Below are positions 24,165-37,900 of a DNA stretch of 64,000 nucleotides, in pieces. The position numbers and the translations under genes were made by a program. The notes beneath the pieces are model-generated. The model saw nothing but the letters and a program-made list of their open reading frames with translations, was not told where the DNA came from and searched no databases. Source of the DNA: Blasia pusilla (lineage: Eukaryota). The stretch covers positions 26,474,001 through 26,538,000 of the forward strand of contig CM114271.1 in the NCBI GenBank assembly GCA_050084515.1, given 5' to 3'. Position 1 is the first letter of the stretch; every line of letters starts with the position of its first letter.

Positions 24165-26425
24165 GGGGAAAAAAAAAAAGAAAGAAAGATGCACTTCGAT
24201 AAAAACGAGTGATGGAAAACCCATCGGAAGTTAAAAGAGGGGACTCAAAGAGTCAAAACCTGAAGGCCACAACACGACCAGAAAAGGAAGAAGGGGCATT
24301 CCCCCTAACGATAAAACTCACAACAACAGCAGAGACAATATCAGCAACAACAAAGAGAGCTATGACTACTACTAAGTGGGCCTCTAGCGCCGGCGTCTCC
24401 CAAACTGAGCCCGCCGCAAAATCCCATTAGCCTGGGCACGCGCAACGCTATGGAGACCCACCGCCTACAATATAGAATCGCAGATTAGCTAAGGACAACC
24501 CATTTTCGAGTGGAGATGATGGCGCGATCCGTAATGAACAGTCGAACCTCTCCCCATAGCCCCATACATCTCTATGGCCGTGGGGATGAAGATGTGTCCT
24601 CGTGTAGTCGATCAGAGATATGTGTCTTCTTCGCCGCCCGCCGCCGCCCGCTCCTTGTAGCATTCGCCCTTGGGCCACCACTTGGGCTCGTGACCGCTCC
24701 CGCGAGGATGCAGTGACTACCACGTCCGCCACAACCACCTCAGCCTCACGTGTCATGTAGAGATCGGCACGAATGAGGGAATCCCGCAAGAGAGTAGTGC
24801 CTCTCTCTCGCACATGGAAGCCACTCTCCCGAGCAATCGAACATGATATCCCCGAGCATCGTGAGTGGCTATCCTCTCACCCCAATCGACAGCGTGCCAA
24901 ATGCACACCAAGTGGATTGGCTCGCGACACTCGCAATGTGTCGAACCAACCATCGATGGTTGGGGAGGCCCAAGCGGAACCGCATCGCTGTGGTATAGGT
25001 AAGTGGTGCGAACGGAAAGCTGGAGAAGGGGCGCGCCCCTACCCATGAGCCTGCCCCTTCCGGAGCAAGAGCGAACACGGGGCCCTAACCTCCATGGGGA
25101 TATTCCGGGACATAGTGCCTCTAAAATGCCTCAAAGTGGGCTTCCATCAAGGAAGATTGGAGCCCAGATCGACCGGAGGTAACTAAGGAGGAGAAAGTGG
25201 GGAGAACCGCTCGGCCTCAACTCGAAGGGAATCTCTACAAGCGTGAGTGAAGACTGAAGTGGGAAAGAGCCATCCTCGACACAGGAGACGAGTGTAGAAG
25301 GAGCGGTCTATCTCTAACCAAAAATCGGGAGCAAAGGAGGGGTGCCACTATGGCCCAACTCCTAAAAAAAAAGCGGAGGGCGCCACTAACTCGGTCGAGA
25401 GAAGACCTACTCCACCAAAAGAAATCGGCCAAGAGGCCTCTCACGAGCTAACTCCCCCATGGGGCACTCTAAGGAGCCGGGTCCTAGAAGATCCCCAAAC
25501 ACGCATGAGCTTCCTATCAAAGGATCTATATAGGGAAGAAAGGTGACTAGATGTCCAGACGAGTTCTAGTGAGGTAACCAGGTCTCTGAGCAAAACAAGA
25601 AGAGAGAATGCCGAAGGCGACTTGAGGGTCACCAATCCTCGTAAGATCATCAACGTGAGAAGATCCTCGTAAGAGGCCACGAAAGTCGATACAAAGTCCT
25701 GGCTCCCGAGCGGTACTCCCAAGACTCGAAGCCCCTCCACAGTCGCAAGAAGCCGTCGGGTAAATGTAGATCATCACGTGAGGCCTAATGGAGACCAAGC
25801 CTTGCACTTCCCCACCTTCACCGCAAGACCGACACGTGCCAACCGGCTTTGAAAAGTGCTCGAATGCAGGACAACCAGATCTCCGGGACCAACAATATGA
25901 GTATCATCATGTTTAAGGGAACATGCAACCCGGAAAGCCTCCACCGTAGAAAGAACCGCTCGGTAATGAGCCCACAGAAACAACGCGCCACCCGGAGGGT
26001 CACCCTGACGAGTCCCGGTGACTCCAAGACCGTGACCTCCTCCTCGAATCGACCATGGTGGAAATAGAGGGCCGAAGGGGCCCCATAAAAAGCCTGCACA
26101 AAGGGAATGAGGCTCGCCATGGGGCCACCCGCGTCCCTCAACTCTGTGAATATAGTAGCCCGAGATACTGAGTTGAAGGCGTTCTCCACGTCCACTTGGA
26201 GAACCACCCACTCTGGATGTACATCTAGACAAGCCCTCAAACCTAAGGCAACCGTCTCACATCCGGCGGGCGTGGCAACTCCAAACTGGTGCGGACTCAG
26301 ATGTGACTGGAAAGCCTCACGGAATTGCAAAGCGAGAGTACGACTCACCAACCGCAAGAGCACCTCACCTATGGCAATCGGACGGATACCACCACCCCCC
26401 TTTGACAACGCCAAAAGTCGCCCCG
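24165..26425 (-). mobile_element. 5'-truncated CRE-clade-like non-LTR retrotransposon (RT, CCHC, restriction-like endonuclease), frameshifted
   Basis: RT: LSKGGGGIRPIAIGEVLLRLVSR, PHQFGV, QVDVENAFNSVSR, GTRQGDP, DDTHIVG. Zinc knuckle: CEC..GVHLARC..GERIATHDA. RLE: RADLYM..VVADVVV..GHIFIPTAIEMYG. Confidence 0.9.
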
Positions 26426-27042
26426 CCCCTAAAGAAGGGGAAAAGAAGGTGTTGGTGAATCCACTTTCTCGCGCTTATTATTATGGATCGGATGGATGGT
26501 TTGTTGGAAGGGGCTCGCGGAGCGGCCAAGCTAAGCGAAGGGCCGTTCTAAAGAGGGTTGGACAACGATCGTAGCAATGGAGGTCCGCTTTAGCCGACAA
26601 AAGGGAAAAGGGGTTAATGCTCGTAAGGAGAGACGGCGTTCCAAGAAGTCTCTGTCCGCCACCGACACCAAAGCGGAGCGGATGGACGCAGATGGAGGAG
26701 GAGCGGCATTGACACCGGTGTCCGGCAGGCAGCAGGGCGAAATTAAAAGAGAGAAAAGCAAAAGCAGCAAAACGAAGATTCATCCATTCAGGCTTCTATT
26801 CTTTTTTTTCCATAAATCGGAATTCCGTAGATGCAGCAGCAGCAGCAAGCAAAAGCCCTCCTGGACACCCGGATCACTGCAGGCCACAGCAGGCGACTCT
26901 GGATTTCGTTTCCGGAGGGGAGAAGCGAGATTGGAAGACAGCGCGCGCGACGGTGAATCGATCGCAGGAAGAAGGCCGTGATATTCCTTATGCACGCAGG
27001 TCGTCAGCCATGAAGTTCCTTTCCCTCTCTTTTACTCCCGGC

Positions 27043-27718
27043 TCATTGGAACAGGACTCGTCGAGTTCCATTTCCTGCGACTGACTCTACGAAGGAGGGA
27101 GTCGTCTGCAACTCCGAGCTCGGGGCCGCTGTCAGCCTTTTTTTGGCCCGTTTTCTATTCCCGAGAACGGATGCGAGGGGAAATGTGTTCGCAGCTTTTA
27201 AACACCCGGGAGGTAAGTACTCATGAAGGGTGGCTCCGCTGACAACCCAGTCAGGAAGCAGTAGGTCTGCTGCTCCCTCTGCCCTTCGTAATCCATCCTC
27301 TACTGCGGTACAGTACTCGACCGCCGTTGTGTCGAATCGCCACCTCATTGCGCTGCGCGATATTTCCCGCTGGAAACCAACTCTTAAATTTTGAGATCGC
27401 ACTCCTGCCCCTGCGTTCTTTAGCACAACTTGGAGGCGCTACCGCGACTTTTGTTTGTTCAACGAGACAGGCGGTACTTTTTTGCCAGATGAAAAGTGAC
27501 ACTACTCTCTCCCTATTCATCATTGGCCATCGTTTGTTCTGTTCGCGACGCTGTAGCTTTGGGTGTGGCGAACACATGAGTGCCTCTCTGCCTCGTTGGA
27601 TTCCCTACAACATTCCCTCCTCTTCCTCCTCTCTCTACGCGGTACATAGCCTCCTCGATTTCACGGCACATACCTGTATCTTAATACGTATTCCACCGAA
27701 ACTGTACCGCATCCGCAT
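27043..27718 (-). CDS. Candidate 123-aa spliced protein of unknown function (exons 27718..27674 and 27369..27043)
   Basis: Strong donor CAG|GTATGT at 27674/27673 and acceptor tttcCAG| at 27370 join in phase 0, giving MRMRYSFGGIRIKIQ-REISRSAMRWRF...RRVLFQ*. No family recognised. Confidence 0.3.
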
Positions 27719-28628
27719 GAGAATCCTGCCTGCCTGCCTGCCTGCACTGTACGCCGAGAGAAATGATAATAATAATCCCCCCCGCTGCTGCCTGTGAAGG
27801 GAGAGACGCGCTTCTATGCTTTCGGGACCATCGTCGCTCCGGATTGGGAGCAGAAGAACAACAACAACAACAACGAGCAATAATCCTGCCCCGAGGCGTG
27901 ACTCCGACTCAGTACGTACGGTACAAGCTCGTATTGTGCAAACTGTCCACCTCTCCAAAGTAGTGCAATTATGGCCTGCGACAGGACGACGCCTGCGGCT
28001 GGAGCTGTTTCCCGCTCGACCCGAGGCGCACCTCTCTCATCTCATCTCGCCTCGCCTCGCCTCGAAGGTCCTTGTTGTTGCGCTTGTTACTGCTCATTCG
28101 CTGGCCATCGCGCCTGTACAATGCTGCTCAGTGCTTCCTCCCTCCCTCATCGGCCGCTGCGTGGGACGGCTCCGATGCACCGCGAACGAAATATTGATGG
28201 GGTGAATCAATATTTCTAGAGCTCTAGACACTCCCGTCGGTCTGCGGTGCTTCCATCGCGGGGGGTACGAGATATCTTCTGACAGAGCAGTCATTGCTCC
28301 ACCTTCTCCCACATCAGGCAGGGAGTGTCTCTCGTTAACCCGGAACTGTCGGAACGGGGCTGCTTTCGCCGGCCGAGAAAGGGACGACTTTCCCCGGCCG
28401 ATAAAGGGCTCGCTCCCCAACTTCACGCTTTGGCGCTCCGGGAGCCCTTCTTTCTCTTACGTCTTTCATATTCTCTTTTGGTTTTAGGATTTAAAGTTTT
28501 AATAAGAATTTTCTACTTCCACTGGCGATTCTTTCAATGCACAATTTTCGTGGGTGTGCGAGGTCGATCCGTGTCTTTTGAGTATTTTCCTGTTTGTCAT
28601 GTTTCGAGTCTTTGAGTGTTTTCCTAAT

Positions 28629-29430
28629 TGTTATGCTTCGTGGGTGTGCTAGCTTTGGGTGCGTTTGGGTTTGGTTTGCTTTACATGGTAGGTTCCATAC
28701 GCGAGGAGGAGGTGACGAGTTGGCGAGTGTTTAGAGTCTCTTGAGTGTGTTCCCGAGACAAGAAATCTATTTGGAGTAGTACCGAAGATACCCTAGTTTT
28801 GATAAAGGGATACAAGTTGGGGGATGACGGTGGGACTTTGGATTCTTAATCGTTAAAATTGGAGTCGAATACAAGAGTGTGAGTGTCGGACTTTTGTGAT
28901 ACAATTTTTCTCTCTGTTGCTAAATCCACTTTAGGTCTGATATGGTTCCATTTATCGTTTAGGGCCATGATTTTCAAAGATTTCCAATATGACTTCCCTA
29001 AAGTGTGGCTCTCAAGTTCCTACCAAGTCGATGTTCAAGTTCTTTACCTACATACAAAGGGATGTTCACTACTCAAATTATGTCGGGACACTTGATGTTC
29101 AGCCCTAAGGTAGCACATGTAGAAAACTGCTAAAGAAGCATAGCTGGTGCGATACGATTCTGACACTCACACATTACCATGGAGAACGAACTTTTGCAAT
29201 GAGAGAATGAGTGGAAGTTGGTCCCCTTCTCAATTATATAGGATATGTACAAGCAACCCTAAACCTAATCCTAACTGTGATGAATTAACCTTAGTTAAGA
29301 TAATCCCGTTTAACTGACTAACCAAGATTAAGCTCTCCTACTTCGTGTGAGTATCAAATGTAGCAGTTCGGATGCCCGATGAACTTTACCATAACTCAGT
29401 CTTCAATTGCACATAGGGTGAAGACTTACA
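28629..29430 (-). mobile_element. LTR-like fragment or solo LTR related to 7689..8874
   Basis: The minus strand starts TGTAAG at 29430, and its first ~190 nt resemble 7689..7865. The left boundary (TG at 28629) is tentative; no TSD. Confidence 0.45.
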
Positions 29431-32400
29431 ATATTCTTAAGGATAAATAGATTAAAATTCCCTATCAATTCTTGGAATGGGGCTTGAGTGCAAATGATTA
29501 AGTGCGATTTAGGACTAAATAACCATTCATCCCAGTTAGGGTTGTCCAAAATTGATAGTAATGCCAAGAGTCTATGAGGGAAAAAAATTATAGAGAACAC
29601 TTTGGCATGTTCTTGAACTCCAAACTATGTCGGAGGACTCCACTTCAAAGTCAAATTCAACTCATTATAAAACTTCATATACTAAGGAGGAGGACGTGCA
29701 CAATTTTCATGACACCACTTCCTAAAATTTGAGCTTAGATGAAGACAACATATTTGAGATGGATGAACGTCTTTTGCAACTATACAAACTGGTGCAAAAA
29801 AGTAGATTTCTTGGAGATCATGGCAGGGTGTCCGAATACACATACTTTATGGATAACATCCTCCTCAATTTACCCCTAATTTATTCAAGAAAGTCACCCG
29901 CATGCATGGCAAGGCCTTCCTTGAATTTTTGAGCCTAGTTGAAGTCCATTTTGTCTTCCACTCAAATGCTTTCAATATCCAAAATCCCTATACCAATCTA
30001 ATTGGTTGTGGTCCTTGATAGGTTAGGGCATAATGGAAACGATCCTTGCTTAGCATGAAATCTATTCTTATAGGGTGCGCCTCACGATTCTCGTAGAATT
30101 TTTTTGTTTGCATGATAAACTATATATCATATGAGCTGCTAGAGCCCAAATCAAAATAATAATAGAATATCTCATGTGAATTTGCAAAAGAGGGATTCAA
30201 AGGATGTGTTGGATTGATGGTTTATGACTCCCCCTTAATCAAAGATCACGGGACTCTGGTGAGACATGTTTTGACGAGAAGTCTAATTATTCCATGAATA
30301 TGCAAGTAGTCTCCAAAAATTGAAGGAGAATAATTTCCCTCCTTAACCATAAGAATGTTACTATAAAATCTTGTATATTCTACTCTTATTTTGTCCTACT
30401 ATTTTTTGGAGGACATTTAGCCAAATATGGTATTTTTGTTTGATGATAGAAGTATATACAAATCCTACCATGATCATAGGATATTCTACTATCCTATCTC
30501 ATATATGCATGGCATCTTAGAATTATGGCATTCAATCACTCACACTTGAGTAGTGAATGGGCATTGCATGGATGTGTTGAAATATGGATGACATTTTCTC
30601 TATGAAACAACCTTTAGACAAATGACAATCATAATATAGAATTGGAAGATTTTAAAATCATGATTGTTGTTAATCATGATTTGAGAAATGAACCCCAGCT
30701 GATGCACAATTGAACACCCACTCAAATCTGATAAAATCAACAAATCTAAAATATTGAGTTCTAAAATTGATGCTGGAGGCAAGTAGTAACACGTATGGGA
30801 AAATTGAGAGCAGATTCTGAGTTAGCTCACAATGGGTCACTCTTCCTTTTTTCATCCTATGAGCCACTTATCATTTTGGTCGACATCGGTCCTCCGTAAT
30901 GAAATATTCTAATGCACCCTAAGAGGTTAAAGCTCTCGTCTAAGGATTACATGAATTTGTCTCAAAGAGAGAATAATTTTGCCTCTCGTACTCCTTCTTC
31001 AAGAGTTGATTACATAGCTGTAAATTGACAGAGGATCTCATTTCATCTATTTGATTACATCACATTAACAGGCATATTCAAGGAGGTAAAAATTGTTGGC
31101 ACACACAATGCGTACTATCACTTAAGACCAGAAAATAGAAAATGATGCATTCTAATGTTCCAATCGCAAAAGCTCTTCCATTGGAATGTGTCCTTCTCAT
31201 AAGGAAATATTTTAATAAAAAAATAACATTGCTTGTTCTAGACTAATTTACTCACCATGTAAATTAAAATTAATTCTAGATTGGATTAACACCCTAGCCT
31301 TCTCTTCTATTGTGTCTAATAGATCTATAATAGACTTCAACTCCTCTGCAATTTTTTCCACATCGCGTCATCTTGAAACCACTTTGGATGTCCTTGCTAT
31401 TTTGGTAGTGGCTTTTTTCTCCTCGATTTCTTGGCTCTTCCTCTTGTCTCTACTCTCCAACGATTTGTTTTTGGATTTGAAACTCATGCTCTATTGGTAA
31501 ACATAAACAAGAGTCTTCTTGGGTACTAGACCTTGAGAGCCATCACTTATCTTCCATGCACAAACCCTTGATTGTGGCGGAGGAGGTTGCTCTGATCTTG
31601 AGGTCCAATCTGCTTGGGTCTAGACGATGCATGTTGAGCGATTTTCTTGTTGGAGGATGATATTGATTTTTGGAGTTAGAGGCTCATCTTGATGGTGTAA
31701 TTCTAGAGTAGGAGTGGGGATCTCATGAGCTTTATGTAGAAACTCTTCATCATTATCACGAGCAGTTGGGTCTAGCATCAAAGCTGAATTCTAGTTGTCC
31801 ACCATAGGATGATCAAGATTGATCACAGTAGTAACAAAGATCTCATTTGTATCTTTACCACCGACAAGTTTGCAAAGTCCAAGGGGACTCCATATCATGA
31901 TCAACTCATTTTGGATCGATACTTTTCAATTCAACATTTGACAAAGTCTTGCAAGATGATGTCCCAAACCCAACATTCATAATAGTGGCTGAATTTAATT
32001 GAATCATTGTGATCGATTTAAACTCTTAAATGACTCCTCTCAGGCACGGGTTCTTTACAAAGCCCCATGTGGCCTTATTTCTTATGCCACTTCAATCCGT
32101 CCTACTACAAAATTCCCGATACCTCCACTTCCAGAAGCAAAGCATGTGACGTCTCAAGTTTGATCGCTTCATCCAAGGAAGATTTTTTATAGCCACTATT
32201 ATATCCTCTGGTAAAAAACATACCGCCATCGTTGTGCAAAGTTAAGCTATGACATAAGAAAGAAAGAAGGAAATTGTAATGACACACAACATAGAAGAGG
32301 CGTAATTGCTAATCGTCTGTGTGTTCCTTTCCTCCACTCTTTGAGAGAATTTATGAAATCATCCACATTATTGTATGCTACTTTTTTTCGTAAATAAAAT

Positions 32401-34841
32401 CGATATACAATGTTTCAATGAGATAGTCTTTAAAATCAAAAAATATATTATATGAATATATCCATGAATCATACTATCCCGAGCAAATAGTATGCCATAT
32501 AAATATGCCTATGGATATATTCATATGCTATCAAATAGTATTTGATAACATATGAGTATATCCATATAAATCATACTATCCCAAGCAAGCCACATATTAC
32601 CAACATATGGTGCTATATACTAATTGGTATTATGTAAGGAATTTTCCATTATTTCTATTTTCATGATATTTTCCATTTTATTGGGGTTGGAATTTTTCTT
32701 ATAAATTTATTTTGGAGGAATTTTTTCATGTCCATTTTTTTCGGCTGACGCTTTTTTGTGTGCATTTTATTTTGAGTTTTTAAAAATAAACTAAAATTTA
32801 AATTTGATCTATCCATGGCACAAGAAATGAAAAACAGTAAAGAAAATTTTAGGAGACACACGAAAGATTTATAGTTCTCTAATTTCTTGTTTTTTCAATT
32901 TCAAAATTGATTATTCTTAGTGCCATCGATGTACATGTTAGGTGGTATGATCTTTTTCCCTTAATCTTCCTTTTAATGTAATTTACCTTTATGGTTGTCG
33001 TAGTTTTCCATTACTTTTCTTCATATTCTTACTATGCTATTGTTGATCATTTGTCTATCTTCTTAGATCCTCCATCACCACTTATGATGGCCATCTATGT
33101 TGTCTTTATATGTGTCCCTATGTGCTTTCCCCACTTTACATTAATGTTTCCTTCTTTTTTAGGAAGATCTTATTTTACAACTGGACTCGAATTCAAACTC
33201 TGAAAGCCTAGCCATAGTAAAAGGTTCTATTCTATGAGTGGACTTTTAAGTTGGATAAATGCCAAAGATGGGGACAAACACAAGTCCAGTTTATGCATAA
33301 GTTATACGAAAACCAATTGATGCATCCATGGATGTGTAAGCTTTGTGTGTCGTTTATTGTGTATATTACTACACATATATTCCATCCATTCATACTATAA
33401 TATCTAAAAAATTACACATACAAAAAGAAAGAATATTTATAATGTTTTTTTCTCATTATTTCTTGCGCTTATCTATAATAAAGAAAAAGATTGTTTCTTT
33501 TTCAATTCTTTGCATGGAGTGAGCCCTTTCAAAATCACTTAAAGAGTGGAAATTTAGGAGTCAATGAACAATTTCTAGCCTTGGTGGAGTCAAAGTATCA
33601 TATAAGGATATAAGCAAACCTTGTTTGTGTAAAAAAAAAACTCCTAGGTACTAATTTTGTTTTATGATGGCATGTAGATGAGTGGGGATTATATGTGGGT
33701 AATACCATTTTTATGGAAATACCATGTTTATTCATCTTATCCAATGATTCACTCACAAACAAGATGAATGATTTTATGAGTGTCTCTCGAGATTTTCATT
33801 AGGCTTTTATATATCTGCTCCATGTTAAAACAAAGCCATCTATGTTTTTGTATATTTGAAGGTCTCAACAAAATTTATGACACAAATTGATGATAAAAAG
33901 TGTGTATGAAAAACATATTAGAATCTACAAATTAGATCATAATTCTTAAATTCAAGAAGATAACATGAGACAAGTAGAAAAGTGGAATCTCATCTAAATG
34001 TCTTGTCCATTCCTTTATGAAAAATTGATATGGAAATTCCAAATAGGTTTTAACCCTTCATTTTGTCATAATATATCACTTGCACATCTTCTTTGGATTT
34101 TGTTGATGGAATTCTTCAACCTTTTGTCTCAATTATTATGCATAAAATTACTCATTCCTCATGTCATGGTGTTTATGATAATATCTTATTTAAAATTAAT
34201 TCAACTAGATATTTTTAAATTTTATTCATAAATTATCCATGTTTATTTTAATGATTAAATTCATCACATTTAATTCAATATAGAAAATCATGTTTAGTTT
34301 TAGTCATAATTTCCACATTAAAGTGCTATTTTTGAAAAGTGAGAAAATATCCCTACTATACATTTAAGGGAAAATTATATGGGACCCTGTCCCAATTACT
34401 CTTCTTTTCTTGATCTGAGGACGAGGATCTATGCATTTTATAAATAAATAAATAAATTTAGAAAACATAAGTAGTGAATTTTGGAAATAACTATTGATAA
34501 TAATCAAAAGAATGTAAGTCTTACGTATTTATTTTAATACATTTAAAAGCCTCACTATAAAAAGTTAAAAAAGGAGGATTCATAAATCGAAATAAAATCT
34601 AGATCTTAGATAGTTATAGAATTTTTTGTGTGTGAATACATTTATTTTGATGAATCAAATAAGATTAATAAGTAATATAGTAATTTGATTATACAAGTTA
34701 TTAGTTCAAAATATGATGAAGTTATCAAGAATAAATGCATCGTTAATGAATTCTTCTTCTATCTTACTAAGAATGTGAATTGATATTAATACTAGACTAC
34801 TAGTTAATAGAGGATTGGTAACGTGATAATTTTGATTTTAT

Positions 34842-34856
34842 TATATATATATATAT

Positions 34857-34902
<46 letters not shown>
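34842..34902. repeat. (AT)n microsatellite, interrupted
   Basis: Directly visible. Confidence 0.97.
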
Positions 34903-34906
<4 letters not shown>

Positions 34907-37900
34907 TATGTATCAACGAAGGTTGCGCATGGACAAGGTTCAACTTCTATGGATTTGACTTCATCAATGTGCTTGGTTCATTCATAAATATTATAAATAA
35001 TATCACCATCCTAATTCTCTATTAAGTTGTATTAAAATAGGTTCCTACAAAAGAATTTTTTTTCTTGAGGATAAGGTTTTTTTTCTTTAAAACTTGACCA
35101 TATTTTTTCAATCATGACTGTATGGAATTGTAATTTGGTTATCTTGACTATAGTCAATTAAATTATAACTATGGCATAATTATGAATATATCATAATTCC
35201 TTTCAATTAATAAAACTTATTAAATATTTACTTGAATATTCATAGTCTTACCCATTGAGAGTTTCATGAAAGTACCCACTTCTTAAAGTTATATCCATAA
35301 TAATAATAATAATATTTTTTGTTTATGATAAATTCTAAAAAGACAACATACGTCTAAAATCCAACTAAGAAAGTTTCCAAATCAATCTTTGGAAATATCT
35401 TATCGAGAACAATCAATTGGAAAATCTTTCACGTATTTTTTGCTCGAGATTTCTCGTTAGGAACTTTTGATTGAAAATACTCTCCTACTAGGAATATATG
35501 TGGGAATATGTATAAAGCAAGAATTTTCCAATTTCATAATGCCAAAATAATTTCATTGCCATTTGTCATCTCCATTCATACCTTTGTACATCTCTTTAAC
35601 CTAATGCATTATAAGGGTACCAAAATGCTCGTGTTTAATAACTTCATAATCATAGTAGGGCAACATAGAATAAGTAATAAGTCTCGTTTCTCTGGTTTGA
35701 AGAGAAATCCTATATTTATGATGATAATGCAACGATTTTCCATAAGCTTGTGCGTAATATATATAGATATATATTTCCTTTCATGTGAAATGTGTATATA
35801 CCATTAGATGATGATCTATTATAGGAGGAGATGGATGGATGGATTGATCTAGAGGAAGATTGATTTATGCAATTGTGATGCATTTAAAGTGTGTATGTGG
35901 AGGTTTCTCTAATTTAGTCTAAGATATATACTCAAAGATAACAACGGAATGCGAACATACTAAGTGAATCCTTGGATAAGATGAATAGGAAGGTATTGCA
36001 AATGAGAATAAAAATAAGATGTGGTGGAGGTGGAATCTTCCTTATTGCTTTAATCCATTAAAGTATGCATAGAGAAAAGAATGTCAACCATAAAGTAAAG
36101 GATTCCATGACAAAGAAGAGACAAGGGAAATTTCAACACTGGAGTTTGAAAAAGAAACTTCCCACCGTGAAAATCATGTTGGGAAAACTCAGATGTCATG
36201 AGGACATAAGAAACTAGAAAAAAAAAAACCGTTCTACTTGCTTTCTAGCAACAAAATATTGGAAAAGAATGAAATACGGAAAGGAGAAACTTGACGTTCA
36301 CACAACGTTCTAGATCTCTTACTAAATCTTCACTTCGCTAAAAGTAAGACGAAATTGTGGACGTAATGAATTGGAGCATGACGAAAGACCACCTAACCAT
36401 GAAACATTCTTGCGTGAAAGAAATGAGAAAAACTCATTGAAACCACAAAACAATGAATACAATTGTAAGTGAAATGAATCCTCGTTTATGAAGAACTAGC
36501 AGAAAGAAACCCTTTCATATTCACATGTAATAGGCATTTAAAAGTAAAGTAGCCGGGAAAGGTTCTGTCGGAATTCCCCAGGACTTAGTTTTATTTGACG
36601 TTAGAGTAAGTACGGCTCAGAAACGGAAGTTTCCCTGGTCTCTGCCAGTCACTCATCCATCCATCCATCCCCACACTACACTGACAGACCCGGTGGAAAT
36701 CAGCTCGGATCCGTCGATGTCCTCCCGTCCGAGTGCGGAAGGACAGACACATCCCGTTCCCGGACAAGTGGTGGAGCGCAGTCGTGCCACGTTCCACCCC
36801 CGGACGGGAACTACGTACAGTACAGGCATACATAATAGAGAAGACGAGGTCGGACACGGTAATGTGGCGCACTACTGCGAGACGTACCCCTCCCCGCCCC
36901 GCCCCCGGACGGACGACAGGAAACCGAAATTGTACACGGACAGCCCATACCACTTACGGTGCATGCGCTCGACAGAAGAACAAAAGTAGACGACGAGGAG
37001 CCAGATGGAAAAGCCACGGCTACACCCTCCTCTCTGGCAGACGTACCATACAAGATTAATGCGGAGCTCAGCTGAGCTGTTGCTTTGTGCGCGTACTTCA
37101 CCTGTCCCCCGCCATAGCCCTGTCCTCTACTCTGAGCCACCGATCAGAAGGAAGTGGAGTGAGTGAAGGAAGGAAAAAAGACGTCCGTCAGAAGATCTGC
37201 CCTTCCCTGCCCCTGCCCCGGCCCCGGCCCCCCGCTGCCCCCTGCCTTGCCCGGCGCAGGCACCAGGTGAGGTAAAGTGGGAATGACGTGACTTCCTGCG
37301 GGCCTACCACGACTATAGTTGCGCATTTCGGAGGTTTCCCGATGGGAAGGATTTGCGTTCGTGGAAAGGATCGGCTGCACGAGTCGCGATCCGTCTCGAC
37401 TTGATCGCGATTTCGGCCGTCTGCTCGCTCCGCCGTCGTACGTGATCCCCGGGAAAACTCGAAATTCGCGTTTCGTTTTCGTCGCCTCTCGTTTCATTTC
37501 GAAGAAAATTTATTTTTTAAAGATGAGGGAAAAACTGAGTTCCTTTATCGTTAGGGAGACGGAAATCGTTGAGTAAGGGTTCTTTTCCTTAAATATTCCA
37601 GAACCAGTACTTATTTATAGTCTCGCGTTTCTTTGCTCTTTCATAGGATGGGGTCCCACAGGACCCTTATTCTTTTTGCTAGATATGAAAAGATAAATCT
37701 TATATGTTGACTCCCTCTCTAGTGATTGCAATTTTACGATTTTAACAACTTCATAGTAGATATGTGTTCCTGGATCATTTCAGGAACACATATCTGCTGT
37801 GAAGTTGATGGGGCCCATGGAGTAATTTTGTTCTCCTTAGGATTTCTCAAAGAAAATGATATGAGAAAATATTTGAATTTGCACTCTTGTGTTTTTTTTT

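Noticed and set aside
26460-28430. Conserved MIRNA precursor
   Set aside because: I saw no match by eye to the deeply conserved plant miRNAs I checked (156/529, 160, 166, 171, 319, 390, 408) and no clear hairpin.
29450-32300. Possible decayed minus-strand transposase gene
   Set aside because: Patches look coding-like, but I could not identify any catalytic motif, so it is left unannotated.
33170-33260. tRNA or SINE from a B-box-like motif
   Set aside because: No cloverleaf and no properly spaced A-box.
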